Positions 41,131 through 48,715 of a stretch of DNA of 56,834 nucleotides are shown here, in pieces. The translations under genes and the position numbers were made by a program. The notes below the pieces were generated by a model, which had not been told where the DNA came from, searched no databases, and saw nothing but the letters and a program-made list of their open reading frames with translations. Origin of the DNA: a virus; the IMG/VR virus record IMGVR_UViG_3300029708_000018, positions 1-56,834 of that record; one strand, 5' to 3'. Each line of letters begins with the position of its first letter. The stretch's first letter is position 1.

Positions 41131-41452
41131 AGTATCTATCACTCCTAACTGCTCCAAGTACCATATCAACAATGTCAAATACTTCATCTCCATAAGTTGC
41201 TACAAAATCGCACAATATCTCTTCCTGCTCAATTGGTAAATACACATCATAGGACATACAGATTGCGTGGCATACTTCATGTATCAACACCTTGCGTTCC
41301 ATGTGTCCATGTAAAGCATTTGACAGATAAATTGTGTGTGTATTTCTATCTGTTACACCCAAGCTGATTGTGTTGTTAGACCGCCTTAATTCGCTTGAAT
41401 TTGAATTTTTATATTGTACTTGCCACATTGTGCCATTAATTGTAAAAATCAT
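41123..41452 (-). CDS. HExxH zinc metallopeptidase-like protein (ImmA/IrrE- or SprT-like, 109 aa).
   Basis: LIHEVCHAI motif. Located in a regulatory neighbourhood. Confidence 0.55.
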   Translation of the reverse strand: MIFTINGTMWQVQYKNSNSSELRRSNNTISLGVTDRNTHTIYLSNALHGHMERKVLIHEVCHAICMSYDVYLPIEQEEILCDFVATYGDEVFDIVDMVLGAVRSDRYYG

Positions 41453-41476
41453 CTGTATACCTCTTTTCTACGCATA

Positions 41477-41512
41477 ATAAAAACCACCAACTGAATATCA
41501 GCTAGTGGTTTT
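41477..41512. terminator. Bidirectional terminator.
   Basis: AAAAACCAC...GTGGTTTTT with an inner CTGA/TCAG hairpin. Confidence 0.6.
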
Positions 41513-41517
41513 TAAAT

Positions 41518-42213
41518 TCAACGCTTTTTACTTGATTCAAGCTTTATGAGATCATTCAAAAATTCTTCTGCAAGTCTGCTAAGTTCTGGGAAATAGTCTA
41601 TCATATCCATAGGATATACTGGTTTGTACCCTCTCTCATTCTCATAAATTTTCTCTGCGGCTGTCAAGTCGTATTCCTCTCCTACACGCATAAGTATGTG
41701 ATGATATAAAACTGACAACGTTGTATTAGCCATATCACACAGCTTATTTATTTTACGTCTATTTCTTATATAAAAACTTGGATTTCTCGGTACTGGTGTA
41801 CTGCTTGTATGATATACAGGCAATTCTAAAGGCTCCGCTTGAAGTACCGGCTTTTCCTGCTCCTTAACTTTGAAGTATGTGTTTACAAGCTGTCTTTGTA
41901 CTTGCCATGATAAATCATCTGTAAATGCCTTAACTATCATTAAATAACCGCTTTCCGTAAGTAAATAAGTTGTAAGATTAGGATTTCCTTTTATTTTTTC
42001 ATTAGGGGAATATCGTTCCCCTAATTCTTTTCTTGTCATTTCAAAATAATCTTCGCCTAATATAAAATGCTGTTTGTGTTTTTGAAAAGCCTTCTTTGCA
42101 GTATCTGTTTTCTTTCCGTGTATTCTGTCAATATCTTTCATGGTAACAACTCTCTGCCCATTATACTCACGGATTGCAAGCTCTGTGTTCTCAATTTTTA
42201 CAAGCTCTGCCAT
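41518..42213 (-). CDS. ORF6N/KilA-type DNA-binding (antirepressor-like) protein.
   Basis: ELAIREYNGQRVVTMKDIDRIHGKKTDTAKKAFQKHKQHFILGEDYF is a typical ORF6N N-terminus. Confidence 0.65.
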   Translation of the reverse strand: MAELVKIENTELAIREYNGQRVVTMKDIDRIHGKKTDTAKKAFQKHKQHFILGEDYFEMTRKELGERYSPNEKIKGNPNLTTYLLTESGYLMIVKAFTDDLSWQVQRQLVNTYFKVKEQEKPVLQAEPLELPVYHTSSTPVPRNPSFYIRNRRKINKLCDMANTTLSVLYHHILMRVGEEYDLTAAEKIYENERGYKPVYPMDMIDYFPELSRLAEEFLNDLIKLESSKKR

Positions 42214-42560
42214 TATGCAACACCTACCTTTCCTTTTGAGGTAAGCTCATAGCCGCCCACGACACGCCTTACGCTCTTGTCATTCATAGTGGCGGCAAAA
42301 GCTGCGATACTGTCTAAGTACTTCTCATTATCGCAATCTAAAGCAATCTGCATAATAATTTTTCTTAACTGTTCTTTTCTACACTCGCAAAGCAGTCTCA
42401 TGTTTTCCTCGTCTACCTTGTCAAATTCTTCTCTCCATTTAATTCTTGCCATATCATACCATTCCTTTCTGAAAACAATCTTGAATTTTCCGAAAGAAAC
42501 TGATAGAATAAATTTATCAATCTCTTTCGGATTGTGTTTCGAGTAGTCAATTACCGCCAA
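42213..42560 (-). CDS. Hypothetical protein (115 aa).
   Basis: ORF track. The ATG overlaps the next gene. Confidence 0.5.
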   Translation of the reverse strand: MAVIDYSKHNPKEIDKFILSVSFGKFKIVFRKEWYDMARIKWREEFDKVDEENMRLLCECRKEQLRKIIMQIALDCDNEKYLDSIAAFAATMNDKSVRRVVGGYELTSKGKVGVA

Positions 42561-42571
42561 GTAATGTTTGA

Positions 42572-42766
42572 CTACTCTTTTTTGCTACCCTTAAGTTCTT
42601 TTTCAACCAACCCTATGCCTTTCATGATGGTATCAGTTCTTGTTAATTCCAATTTATCAGCACATTTTTGAATACGATTAGCTTCATCTTTTGTTATTCT
42701 GATATTAAGATTAACATTTCTAGGGTTTTCCTTATGTGGTCTTCCTGCCGGACTGATGATAATCAC
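42572..42766 (-). CDS. Ribbon-helix-helix (CopG/MobC-like) regulator (64 aa).
   Basis: GRPHKENPRNVNLNIRITKDEANRIQKCADKLELTRTDTIMKGI fits the RHH pattern. Confidence 0.6.
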   Translation of the reverse strand: MIIISPAGRPHKENPRNVNLNIRITKDEANRIQKCADKLELTRTDTIMKGIGLVEKELKGSKKE

Positions 42767-42804
42767 TTCCTTTCAATTATTGCCCTTGCAATATTTATAT
42801 CATT

Positions 42805-42833
42805 ATAATAACTGCACGTGCATTAATTGTCAA
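42805..42833 (-). promoter_or_regulatory. Promoter TTGACA-17-TATTAT with the 10-bp palindrome TGCACGTGCA in its spacer.
   Basis: Read on the minus strand. The palindrome occupies 42813-42822. Confidence 0.55.
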
Positions 42834-42897
42834 GTACTTTTTGAAAGAATTTTAAACTTACAAATCACTAGCCGATATTCAGTTATCAATGTACTTT

Positions 42898-42928
42898 TAA
42901 AAGGCTATGAATATTGCTACTCATAGCC
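42898..42928 (-). terminator. Intrinsic terminator ending the cargo cluster.
   Basis: Stem GGCTATGA/TCATAGCC followed by TTTTAAAAG. Confidence 0.65.
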
Positions 42929-42935
42929 CTGAAAT

Positions 42936-43607
42936 TTACAGTTTAGAAACAAGTGTACTAAGTTTGGTGCGCATAAGATTGCGCTCTTCTGCTGTCATAT
43001 CGCCAATAAGCTGTGTAATATCGCCGCCAAGTTCCTTGATATAGCCGTCAAGGGCTTTCATCTTATGTTCCTTGTCCTCCGGCGTGTTGTTTTTATGCAT
43101 TTCCTTAGTCTCTGTATAGTTTCTCTTTGCCCTGTCATAGCCGCTTTCAATCGTATGTGATGAGCCGTTGTCTGATACAACAGGCTCTGTATAATACATT
43201 CGCCCCATGTCCTTGTCCATGTCACGCATATATTCAGGATCGTTGTAGTTTATCGGCATATGATAATATGGTGGTTCTTCATATCCCCTGCGGTATGTTC
43301 CTTTACCTTTAGGGGCAAATCTGCCATTAGCATAGCGATAGTGGTCGTAGTATCTTCTACCACTTTCTTCGCCATATTCTGCCTTAAGGCTTCTTAAGAG
43401 TTCTTTGTCGTACTCTTCTTCCTCTTCATCAGCCTTTTTCATAGCCTTGGAAATTATTGAATGATACTCGGCTTCTGCAAGGTCTTTAATCATATCCACG
43501 ACTTCGCCCATTTCGGAAGTGTCAACATTCTCAATGCCCTTTTCAAACTCATTGACGGCTTTTTCTGTAAGGCACTCCTGCATTTTGTGTATTCTTTCAA
43601 TGTGCAT
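42936..43607 (-). CDS. Tyr/Arg/Asp-rich charged protein (223 aa), function unknown.
   Basis: GGGGGTGAG RBS. Central YYDHYRYANGRFAPKGKGTYRRGYEEPPYYHMPINYNDPEYMRDMDKDMGRMYY. Confidence 0.6.
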   Translation of the reverse strand: MHIERIHKMQECLTEKAVNEFEKGIENVDTSEMGEVVDMIKDLAEAEYHSIISKAMKKADEEEEEYDKELLRSLKAEYGEESGRRYYDHYRYANGRFAPKGKGTYRRGYEEPPYYHMPINYNDPEYMRDMDKDMGRMYYTEPVVSDNGSSHTIESGYDRAKRNYTETKEMHKNNTPEDKEHKMKALDGYIKELGGDITQLIGDMTAEERNLMRTKLSTLVSKL

Positions 43608-43618
43608 CTTCTCACCCC

Positions 43619-44038
43619 CTACGCTTCACGAACAGCAATTAAGTTACTATTCTGCACTTCAATAGCCTGTGTAGACGTATTCTGCACTGCTACAGTACTG
43701 CAACAGCCGCAAGGTACATCAACGTATGCCTGAGCCGAAACGTTAAATAAATTTTCAACAGCGGCAGGTGTAACGACCATTCGTGTTGACTGTAAAGGCT
43801 CTCCGTCTACTGCAATGGCAAGTGATATCTCTCCAACTGTACCGCCTGTAGGTATCTGAATGTTGCCGCTATAAGATACTAAAAATCTTGCTCTACACTG
43901 ATTTGTAATACCTCTTAACTTAATGATTCCGCTTCCCTGTCTGTGTACGATACATTTTGTTCCGTTTACTGCCGTTTCTGTGAATGCAACATCTTCTCCG
44001 GCGGCAACTGTTTGTAATGCAATTCCTGTTATTTCCAT
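43619..44038 (-). CDS. Beta-rich protein (139 aa). Possibly a C1q/TNF-like (BclA C-terminal-domain-like) jelly roll.
   Basis: AGAGAGGT RBS precedes the internal ATG (MEITGIAL). The alternating-pattern sequence ends in ...VQNSNLIAVREA. The fold is a guess from memory. Confidence 0.5.
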   Translation of the reverse strand: MEITGIALQTVAAGEDVAFTETAVNGTKCIVHRQGSGIIKLRGITNQCRARFLVSYSGNIQIPTGGTVGEISLAIAVDGEPLQSTRMVVTPAAVENLFNVSAQAYVDVPCGCCSTVAVQNTSTQAIEVQNSNLIAVREA

Positions 44039-44057
44039 TATCTTTACCTCTCTTTCA

Positions 44058-44088
44058 TAAAAATAAGGGCAAACATTATAGCCTGCCC
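44058..44088 (-). terminator. Intrinsic terminator inside the cargo cluster.
   Basis: Stem GGGCA/TGCCC followed by TTATTTTTAT. Confidence 0.5.
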
Positions 44089-44162
44089 TTTGTGTTTGTA
44101 AGTAATACTGCTTAGCAGACATAATCGAGTTAAACTCAATTAAGATACTCAATTATTCAGTT

Positions 44163-44936
44163 TTAGCAATTACAGCCGGTGTTGCAACCGCATCCATATG
44201 CATAACCATAAAGGTTAGAAGCTGGGAACGATGGAACCGGTGTAGGTCTTACTGCGTCAATGATCTGATTTGTCTGTGCGCTCATTGCGGAAGTCAGAAG
44301 TGCATTTTGTCTATCCTGTGAAGCGGCTCTGCGTAAATCGTTATTCTCTGCCTGTAAGGTTGCAATCTTGTCATTTGTCAGGAAGTCAAGAATTGCTCTT
44401 GTTCCTGCCTGCTGGCTGTCAATAATATCTCTTGTATTGTTGTTCATTGTGTTCTGCAAAGCGCAAGTGTTAGTTGCCATGTTGTAGTTTACACCCTGAA
44501 TGGCTTCTCTCGTCTCACAGCAACAGTTAGCAAGCTGTGACTGTAAAGCGTTGGTATTTTGCATATTAGCGACTGTATCAGCGTTAATAGCCTGCTGTAT
44601 GCCATAGCCCGTCTGCATGATATTTGTGTTAATACCATTAAAGCCTGTGAGCATACTGTTGTTCATGGCATAAAAGCCGTCACATAAGCCGTTTGAAATG
44701 CCATCAAGTTTTGACACAACAGCCTGATTATCAAAACCTCTCTGAATCTCACTGCCGACACCGCCATTCATTCCGTTTCCTCCGAATCCGTTGCCGAATC
44801 CACCCCATCCGAAGATAGCGAAGATAACGATAATGAACCATAACCATGAGCCTTCTGCGCCCCATCCGTTGTTATTTCCGTTTCCGTCAATGTTCGCAAC
44901 AAGCGGAACGGATGCACAATTACCTGTGTTAAACAT
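44163..44936 (-). CDS. Membrane-anchored Gly/Asn/Gln-rich protein with a CCC motif and a Cys-rich tail (257 aa).
   Basis: GGAGGT RBS lies 7 nt upstream of the internal ATG (MFNTGNC). TM segment WLWFIIVIFAIFGWGGFG. C-terminus GYAYGCGCNTGCNC. Confidence 0.6.
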   Translation of the reverse strand: MFNTGNCASVPLVANIDGNGNNNGWGAEGSWLWFIIVIFAIFGWGGFGNGFGGNGMNGGVGSEIQRGFDNQAVVSKLDGISNGLCDGFYAMNNSMLTGFNGINTNIMQTGYGIQQAINADTVANMQNTNALQSQLANCCCETREAIQGVNYNMATNTCALQNTMNNNTRDIIDSQQAGTRAILDFLTNDKIATLQAENNDLRRAASQDRQNALLTSAMSAQTNQIIDAVRPTPVPSFPASNLYGYAYGCGCNTGCNC

Positions 44937-44989
44937 AGAATTTACCTCCATAATTCATTTTTATATACATAATCTTGCAAGAATTAGTA

Positions 44990-45217
44990 TCACATTCCTA
45001 ATTGACTTTTAAACGACTCAAAAGCCTTATCTGCGTCAATTCCCTTTTCTTTGCACAAATTCCTAGCCATCTGCTCTATGCCCTTGGAATCTCCATTTTG
45101 TGCCATCTGCATAGCATTTCTAGCCATTGGATTGCTCATCACACTGTTATTTCCCGCTATTTGCTGTAAAAGCTGTTGTGGGTTTTTCATGCCTTGTAAC
45201 ATCTGCATAGGATTCAT
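44990..45217 (-). CDS. Met/Gln/Asn-rich small protein (75 aa).
   Basis: ORF track. Starts MNPMQMLQGMKNPQQLLQQ. Confidence 0.5.
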   Translation of the reverse strand: MNPMQMLQGMKNPQQLLQQIAGNNSVMSNPMARNAMQMAQNGDSKGIEQMARNLCKEKGIDADKAFESFKSQLGM

Positions 45218-45738
45218 TAAGACTCACTCTCCTTTTGTGTTCGTGAAGTTTTTCTTTGTGTTCCTAAAGATTTATCAAATCTATCTTCTAACTGCCCTAT
45301 CTTCTCTGATAACTCTTCAAACTTATTTAAGAATAGCTGTGTGCTTTCGTCTGATAGGGTAAATTTAGCGTTTTCTGCATTAACCATAGAATTTACCGCC
45401 TGATTATCTTTAGGGGCTGTATAAGGTTTATACACAATCGTGTTAATAGTTCCGTCAGCATTCCAACCTTTAACATAAATCTCCGACATATCCTGCTTTG
45501 GGAAAAATGCCATTGAGCCATCCATAGGCACTTCATTTGCATTAATATTTTCAACTGCCTGTACTACCCTGCCATTAATTCCTGCTATCTGCTGTGGCAT
45601 AGGCTGCTGATTCATCTGCATAGGCTGTTGCTGTAAGCTCTGCTGATAACTTTGTAAAAAATTCATTCTATCCATATATGGATTTTGAGATTGTATATAA
45701 GGATTATTCATCATAGGTGCCTGATAAGGATTGTTCAT
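45217..45738 (-). CDS. Protein (173 aa) with a Q/N/P/M-rich (prion-like) N-terminus, a beta domain and a C-terminal helix.
   Basis: Starts MNNPYQAPMMNNPYIQSQNPYMDRMNFLQSYQQSLQQQPMQMNQQPMPQQ. Confidence 0.6.
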   Translation of the reverse strand: MNNPYQAPMMNNPYIQSQNPYMDRMNFLQSYQQSLQQQPMQMNQQPMPQQIAGINGRVVQAVENINANEVPMDGSMAFFPKQDMSEIYVKGWNADGTINTIVYKPYTAPKDNQAVNSMVNAENAKFTLSDESTQLFLNKFEELSEKIGQLEDRFDKSLGTQRKTSRTQKESES

Positions 45739-45856
45739 CTTCTTTGTCCTCCAAAACTTCCTCTATCGCTTTAATGACAAGAGATAATGTCATTAGGTCG
45801 ATTTTTTGTAACTCGCTTTTAGCAAATATTTGTTCTCTCACATCATCGTCAAACAT
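45704..45856 (-). CDS. Small acidic protein (50 aa, MFDDDVREQIFAKSELQKIDL...). Not in the ORF track.
   Basis: AAGGAGATG RBS. Its 3' end overlaps the next gene's start by 35 nt. Confidence 0.4.
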   Translation of the reverse strand: MFDDDVREQIFAKSELQKIDLMTLSLVIKAIEEVLEDKEDEQSLSGTYDE

Positions 45857-45868
45857 AACATCATCTCC

Positions 45869-45890
45869 TTATGCCTAAATTGTGGCATAA
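45869..45890. promoter_or_regulatory. Palindrome TTATGCC-N8-GGCATAA abutting the RBS of the first cargo gene.
   Basis: Read directly. Related GCATAAGG/CCTTATGC motifs recur at about 45934, 47404 and 47429. Confidence 0.45.
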
Positions 45891-45922
45891 AAAAAGAGAA
45901 GAATATTTCCATGTTCTTCTCT
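45889..45922 (-). terminator. Intrinsic terminator between attP/int and the cargo cluster.
   Basis: 9-bp stem AGAGAAGAA/TTCTTCTCT followed by TTTTTTT on the minus strand. Confidence 0.65.
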
Positions 45923-45951
45923 AATTATTGCCACGCATAAGGTTTTTCCTA

Positions 45952-45980
45952 TGTACCATTCATGTACCAATATTGTACCA
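45952..45980. repeat. Three direct TGTACCA(A/T)T repeats. Candidate integrase arm-type sites.
   Basis: Copies at 45952, 45963 and 45974. Confidence 0.5.
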
Positions 45981-46190
45981 TTTTTTATTTATTTATGTGA
46001 ATATATAACAAATTATATAAAATTAAGTTTTCATGTGAAATGCTGTAAAATTGAGGTACGTTGTAGTTTATAAGGATATAACAAACTATGTTAAATACTC
46101 CTCATGACAACAATACCAAGTTTCATTTTTGATTTTACCTGTTCAAAAACCCCTTATTTTAGGGATTTTTGCCTTTCTATTTTTGATTTA

Positions 46191-46208
46191 TGTACCAATT
46201 CTGTACCA
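46191..46208. repeat. Two direct TGTACCAAT repeats. Candidate arm-type sites next to the 3' end of int.
   Basis: Copies at 46191 and 46202, in the same orientation as the 45952-45980 set. Confidence 0.5.
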
Positions 46209-46239
46209 ATTTATTTGAATATACTATATTTTGATTATT

Positions 46240-47370
46240 TTATATTACTTTGAGTGCTTCTGCTACTCTGTCCATTTCTAAGTTCTTTTGTTCGTCTGTC
46301 GTGTGAACATAAAGATTCATCGTGATACCTATGTTTGAGTGTCCTAGGATTGTCTGCAAGGTTTTGGGTGTCATACCAGCTTCAATACATCTTGTTGCGA
46401 ATGTGTGTCTTAATACGTGCATTGAGAATCTCGGTATGTGCGCTCTATCACACGCTTTGTAAATCCCAGTATCATATGTGCTATTTTTCACAGGTGCCCC
46501 GGTCTTACACAAAAACACTATGTCTCTCCATTGAATATCAATACATTTGAGCGAAGCGTTTTTGAGTTTCTGTAATTTCAACAAAGATATTGCTTCATCA
46601 GTGAGTGGAATTGTCCTATATCCTGATTTACTTTTAGGCGGTCCCTCTCTCCATTCGCCTGTTGAATGTCTATACTCTAAGCTCCTGACTATGCTTATGG
46701 TCTTGGCTTTAAAGTCTACATCTTTCCATTTAAGCCCCACAAGTTCGCCTGTTCTTAGTCCGGTCTGCAAGACAAATCTGTATTGATACTCGTATGATGT
46801 ATCTTTGATAGCTTCGCAGAATTTTTTCTGATTTTCTATCGTTAGTGTTTCTTTCTTTGAGGACTCCTTGCCGATGTCGGATTTTACCATGCGGTTGCAC
46901 GGATTTTTTGGGATGATCTCGCTTTGATATGCATAATCAAGCATATTATATAGTGCTATGCGTGTCTGATATATTGTTGCTGTTCTGTAATCCTCGTCAG
47001 CCATATTAGTCATTATCTTTTGGCAGTGGAGCGTATTAACTTCTCGCAGTATCTTATTTCCGATAACAGGCTTTATATTGCGATTGTATCTCTCGGTGTA
47101 GTTCCTTAGTGTGTTTGGTCTTACTGTGCGCTTCTTAACGCTTATCCAGTAGTCAAACCATGCGTCAACCAACATATCAGACGGAAAATCAGGATTGCTA
47201 TGCTCATCAGTGTACTGCTCATCAGCAAGCCACTTTTTGCACTCTTGTAGTTTTGCAAATAATTTCTGTACTCGCTTTCCATTCCTCGTTGTGTATCTGC
47301 CGACATAGTACTTGTCTTTTCTTTGACTAATGCCCCTACCTAGCTCTTTACCTTTCAAGTCCTTTCCCAT
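46240..47370 (-). CDS. int: Tyrosine integrase (Tn916 / phage-integrase family, with an N-terminal arm-binding domain).
   Basis: C-terminal HVLRHTFATRCIEAGM...LGHSNIGITMNLYVH (H-x-x-R...Y). N-terminal GISQRKDKYYVGRYTTRNGKR. Confidence 0.9.
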   Translation of the reverse strand: MGKDLKGKELGRGISQRKDKYYVGRYTTRNGKRVQKLFAKLQECKKWLADEQYTDEHSNPDFPSDMLVDAWFDYWISVKKRTVRPNTLRNYTERYNRNIKPVIGNKILREVNTLHCQKIMTNMADEDYRTATIYQTRIALYNMLDYAYQSEIIPKNPCNRMVKSDIGKESSKKETLTIENQKKFCEAIKDTSYEYQYRFVLQTGLRTGELVGLKWKDVDFKAKTISIVRSLEYRHSTGEWREGPPKSKSGYRTIPLTDEAISLLKLQKLKNASLKCIDIQWRDIVFLCKTGAPVKNSTYDTGIYKACDRAHIPRFSMHVLRHTFATRCIEAGMTPKTLQTILGHSNIGITMNLYVHTTDEQKNLEMDRVAEALKVI

Positions 47371-47396
47371 ATTAAATTTTCGCTCCTTTCACTTAT

Positions 47397-47438
47397 GGAA
47401 AAAGCCTTATGCAATTTATTATAATATCACATAAGGCT
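47397..47438 (-). terminator. Hairpin plus T tract between the xis-like gene and int.
   Basis: 9-bp stem AGCCTTATG/CATAAGGCT with a 18-nt AT-rich loop, followed by TTTTCC. Confidence 0.4.
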
Positions 47439-47456
47439 GCATAAGTCCACATTTGA

Positions 47457-47855
47457 TTATATTTCTATCGTCTCTGCGATATACTTTTCAAACTCTTTTC
47501 GCTTGATTAACCGCCTTTTTCCGACATACATAACAAACTGGCACCTTGGATTGTTTGTTATTTCTCGGAGTTTATTAACTCCTATGTTGCTGTATTCCGC
47601 AGCTTCATCAATCGTCAGTGTTACTTTTTCCCATATAGGCACTTTATTAATCATCGCCCGACTCCTTTCTATCTTGTCTTTAATGTCTGACACTCTCCGG
47701 GAAGTGGTTGTTTTTGAGATTAAAAGTCTTTGTGATACCTCTTCAAGGCTTTTATCAGCAACTAACAACTTAAAAACTTCCGCTTCCTCTTCTGTAAAAT
47801 TGGCATTTTTTAAAATCTCTTCAAGTTCCGGCTTTGTAAGTTGTGAAAACTTCAT
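47457..47855 (-). CDS. Fusion of a sigma-70 region-4/LuxR-like HTH with an excisionase-family (HTH_17) domain.
   Basis: N-terminal part: LTKPELEEILKNANFTEEEAEVFKLLVADKSLEEVSQRLLISKTT. C-terminal part: LTIDEAAEYSNIGVNKLREI...VGKRRLIKRKEFEKYI. Confidence 0.65.
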   Translation of the reverse strand: MKFSQLTKPELEEILKNANFTEEEAEVFKLLVADKSLEEVSQRLLISKTTTSRRVSDIKDKIERSRAMINKVPIWEKVTLTIDEAAEYSNIGVNKLREITNNPRCQFVMYVGKRRLIKRKEFEKYIAETIEI

Positions 47856-47869
47856 AAGCCTATCTCCTG

Positions 47870-47989
47870 TTATTTTTGTTTTTTATACATACTGTGTATG
47901 CAAGTTTTATAATATTTGCACTTATCTGTACATTTTGCGCCCACAAATTTACATTTATGTGGCGCATCGCTTATTATTTTTTCTTTCAT
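47870..47989 (-). CDS. Cys-rich micro-protein (39 aa, MKEKIISDAPHKCKFVGAKCTDKCKYYKTCIHSMYKKQK). Not in the ORF track.
   Basis: GTGAGGT RBS. Its stop lies next to the RBS of the xis-like gene. Confidence 0.45.
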   Translation of the reverse strand: MKEKIISDAPHKCKFVGAKCTDKCKYYKTCIHSMYKKQK

Positions 47990-47996
47990 TTGTACC

Positions 47997-48140
47997 TCAC
48001 TTTTTGCCATAATCCGGCATATGCTTAAAACTTTCATATGCTTTCTTATTTCTGTGCGTTTCGCAATAGCTATTTATTGTGTTTTGCCTGTATTTATTTA
48101 ATCGCCGGCTTTGCAAGTCACTGTTTACATTTCTTTGCAT
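47997..48140 (-). CDS. Basic micro-protein (47 aa). Not in the ORF track.
   Basis: The ATG overlaps the upstream stop (TAATG), which suggests translational coupling. Confidence 0.4.
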   Translation of the reverse strand: MQRNVNSDLQSRRLNKYRQNTINSYCETHRNKKAYESFKHMPDYGKK

Positions 48141-48700
48141 TATACCGCCACCCCCTTGTCAATATCCCAATGCTCGTCTTCGATAAATATTTGTTTAATT
48201 ATTCTGTCATTGAGATAACCTTTGGCGTATGAATCAATAAATTTCTTTGACCATTTCATAAATTCATCAATCTTGGTATGACTAAATCTGTAATTATCAT
48301 GCAGTACCGGAATAACCAAGTACATTGTAGAAGCTAACGCACTCTCAATGTTAAAATCCGCTCCCAGTACTGCCTTATTTTTCCTCAAGTCTGCCAAAAA
48401 TAGCTTCTGTGACATTGGGATAGATTTAACCCATCCGCAGACATCAATGTTTCTTTTTGAACAATAATTCATTAAATCTCTGCTTGTCAGTTCTTTACTG
48501 TCGCTCTGCCACAATTTTCGTCTCTCAATAACCTTGTTGTAAAAATTAGTTACTTGTTTGAATGTAAAATCAAACTTGTCATACAAGATATTGATATAGA
48601 TATATCCCATGTGATTAGCTATGTTATCTCCTAATCTTGCTCTTGCTAAAGCTTTCCTATATGCCTGTTGCTGTGCTTTACTACATCTATAATTCTTCAT
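48140..48700 (-). CDS. Hypothetical protein (186 aa).
   Basis: ORF track. Confidence 0.55.
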   Translation of the reverse strand: MKNYRCSKAQQQAYRKALARARLGDNIANHMGYIYINILYDKFDFTFKQVTNFYNKVIERRKLWQSDSKELTSRDLMNYCSKRNIDVCGWVKSIPMSQKLFLADLRKNKAVLGADFNIESALASTMYLVIPVLHDNYRFSHTKIDEFMKWSKKFIDSYAKGYLNDRIIKQIFIEDEHWDIDKGVAV

Positions 48701-48715
48701 ATCCGCACCTCGTCT

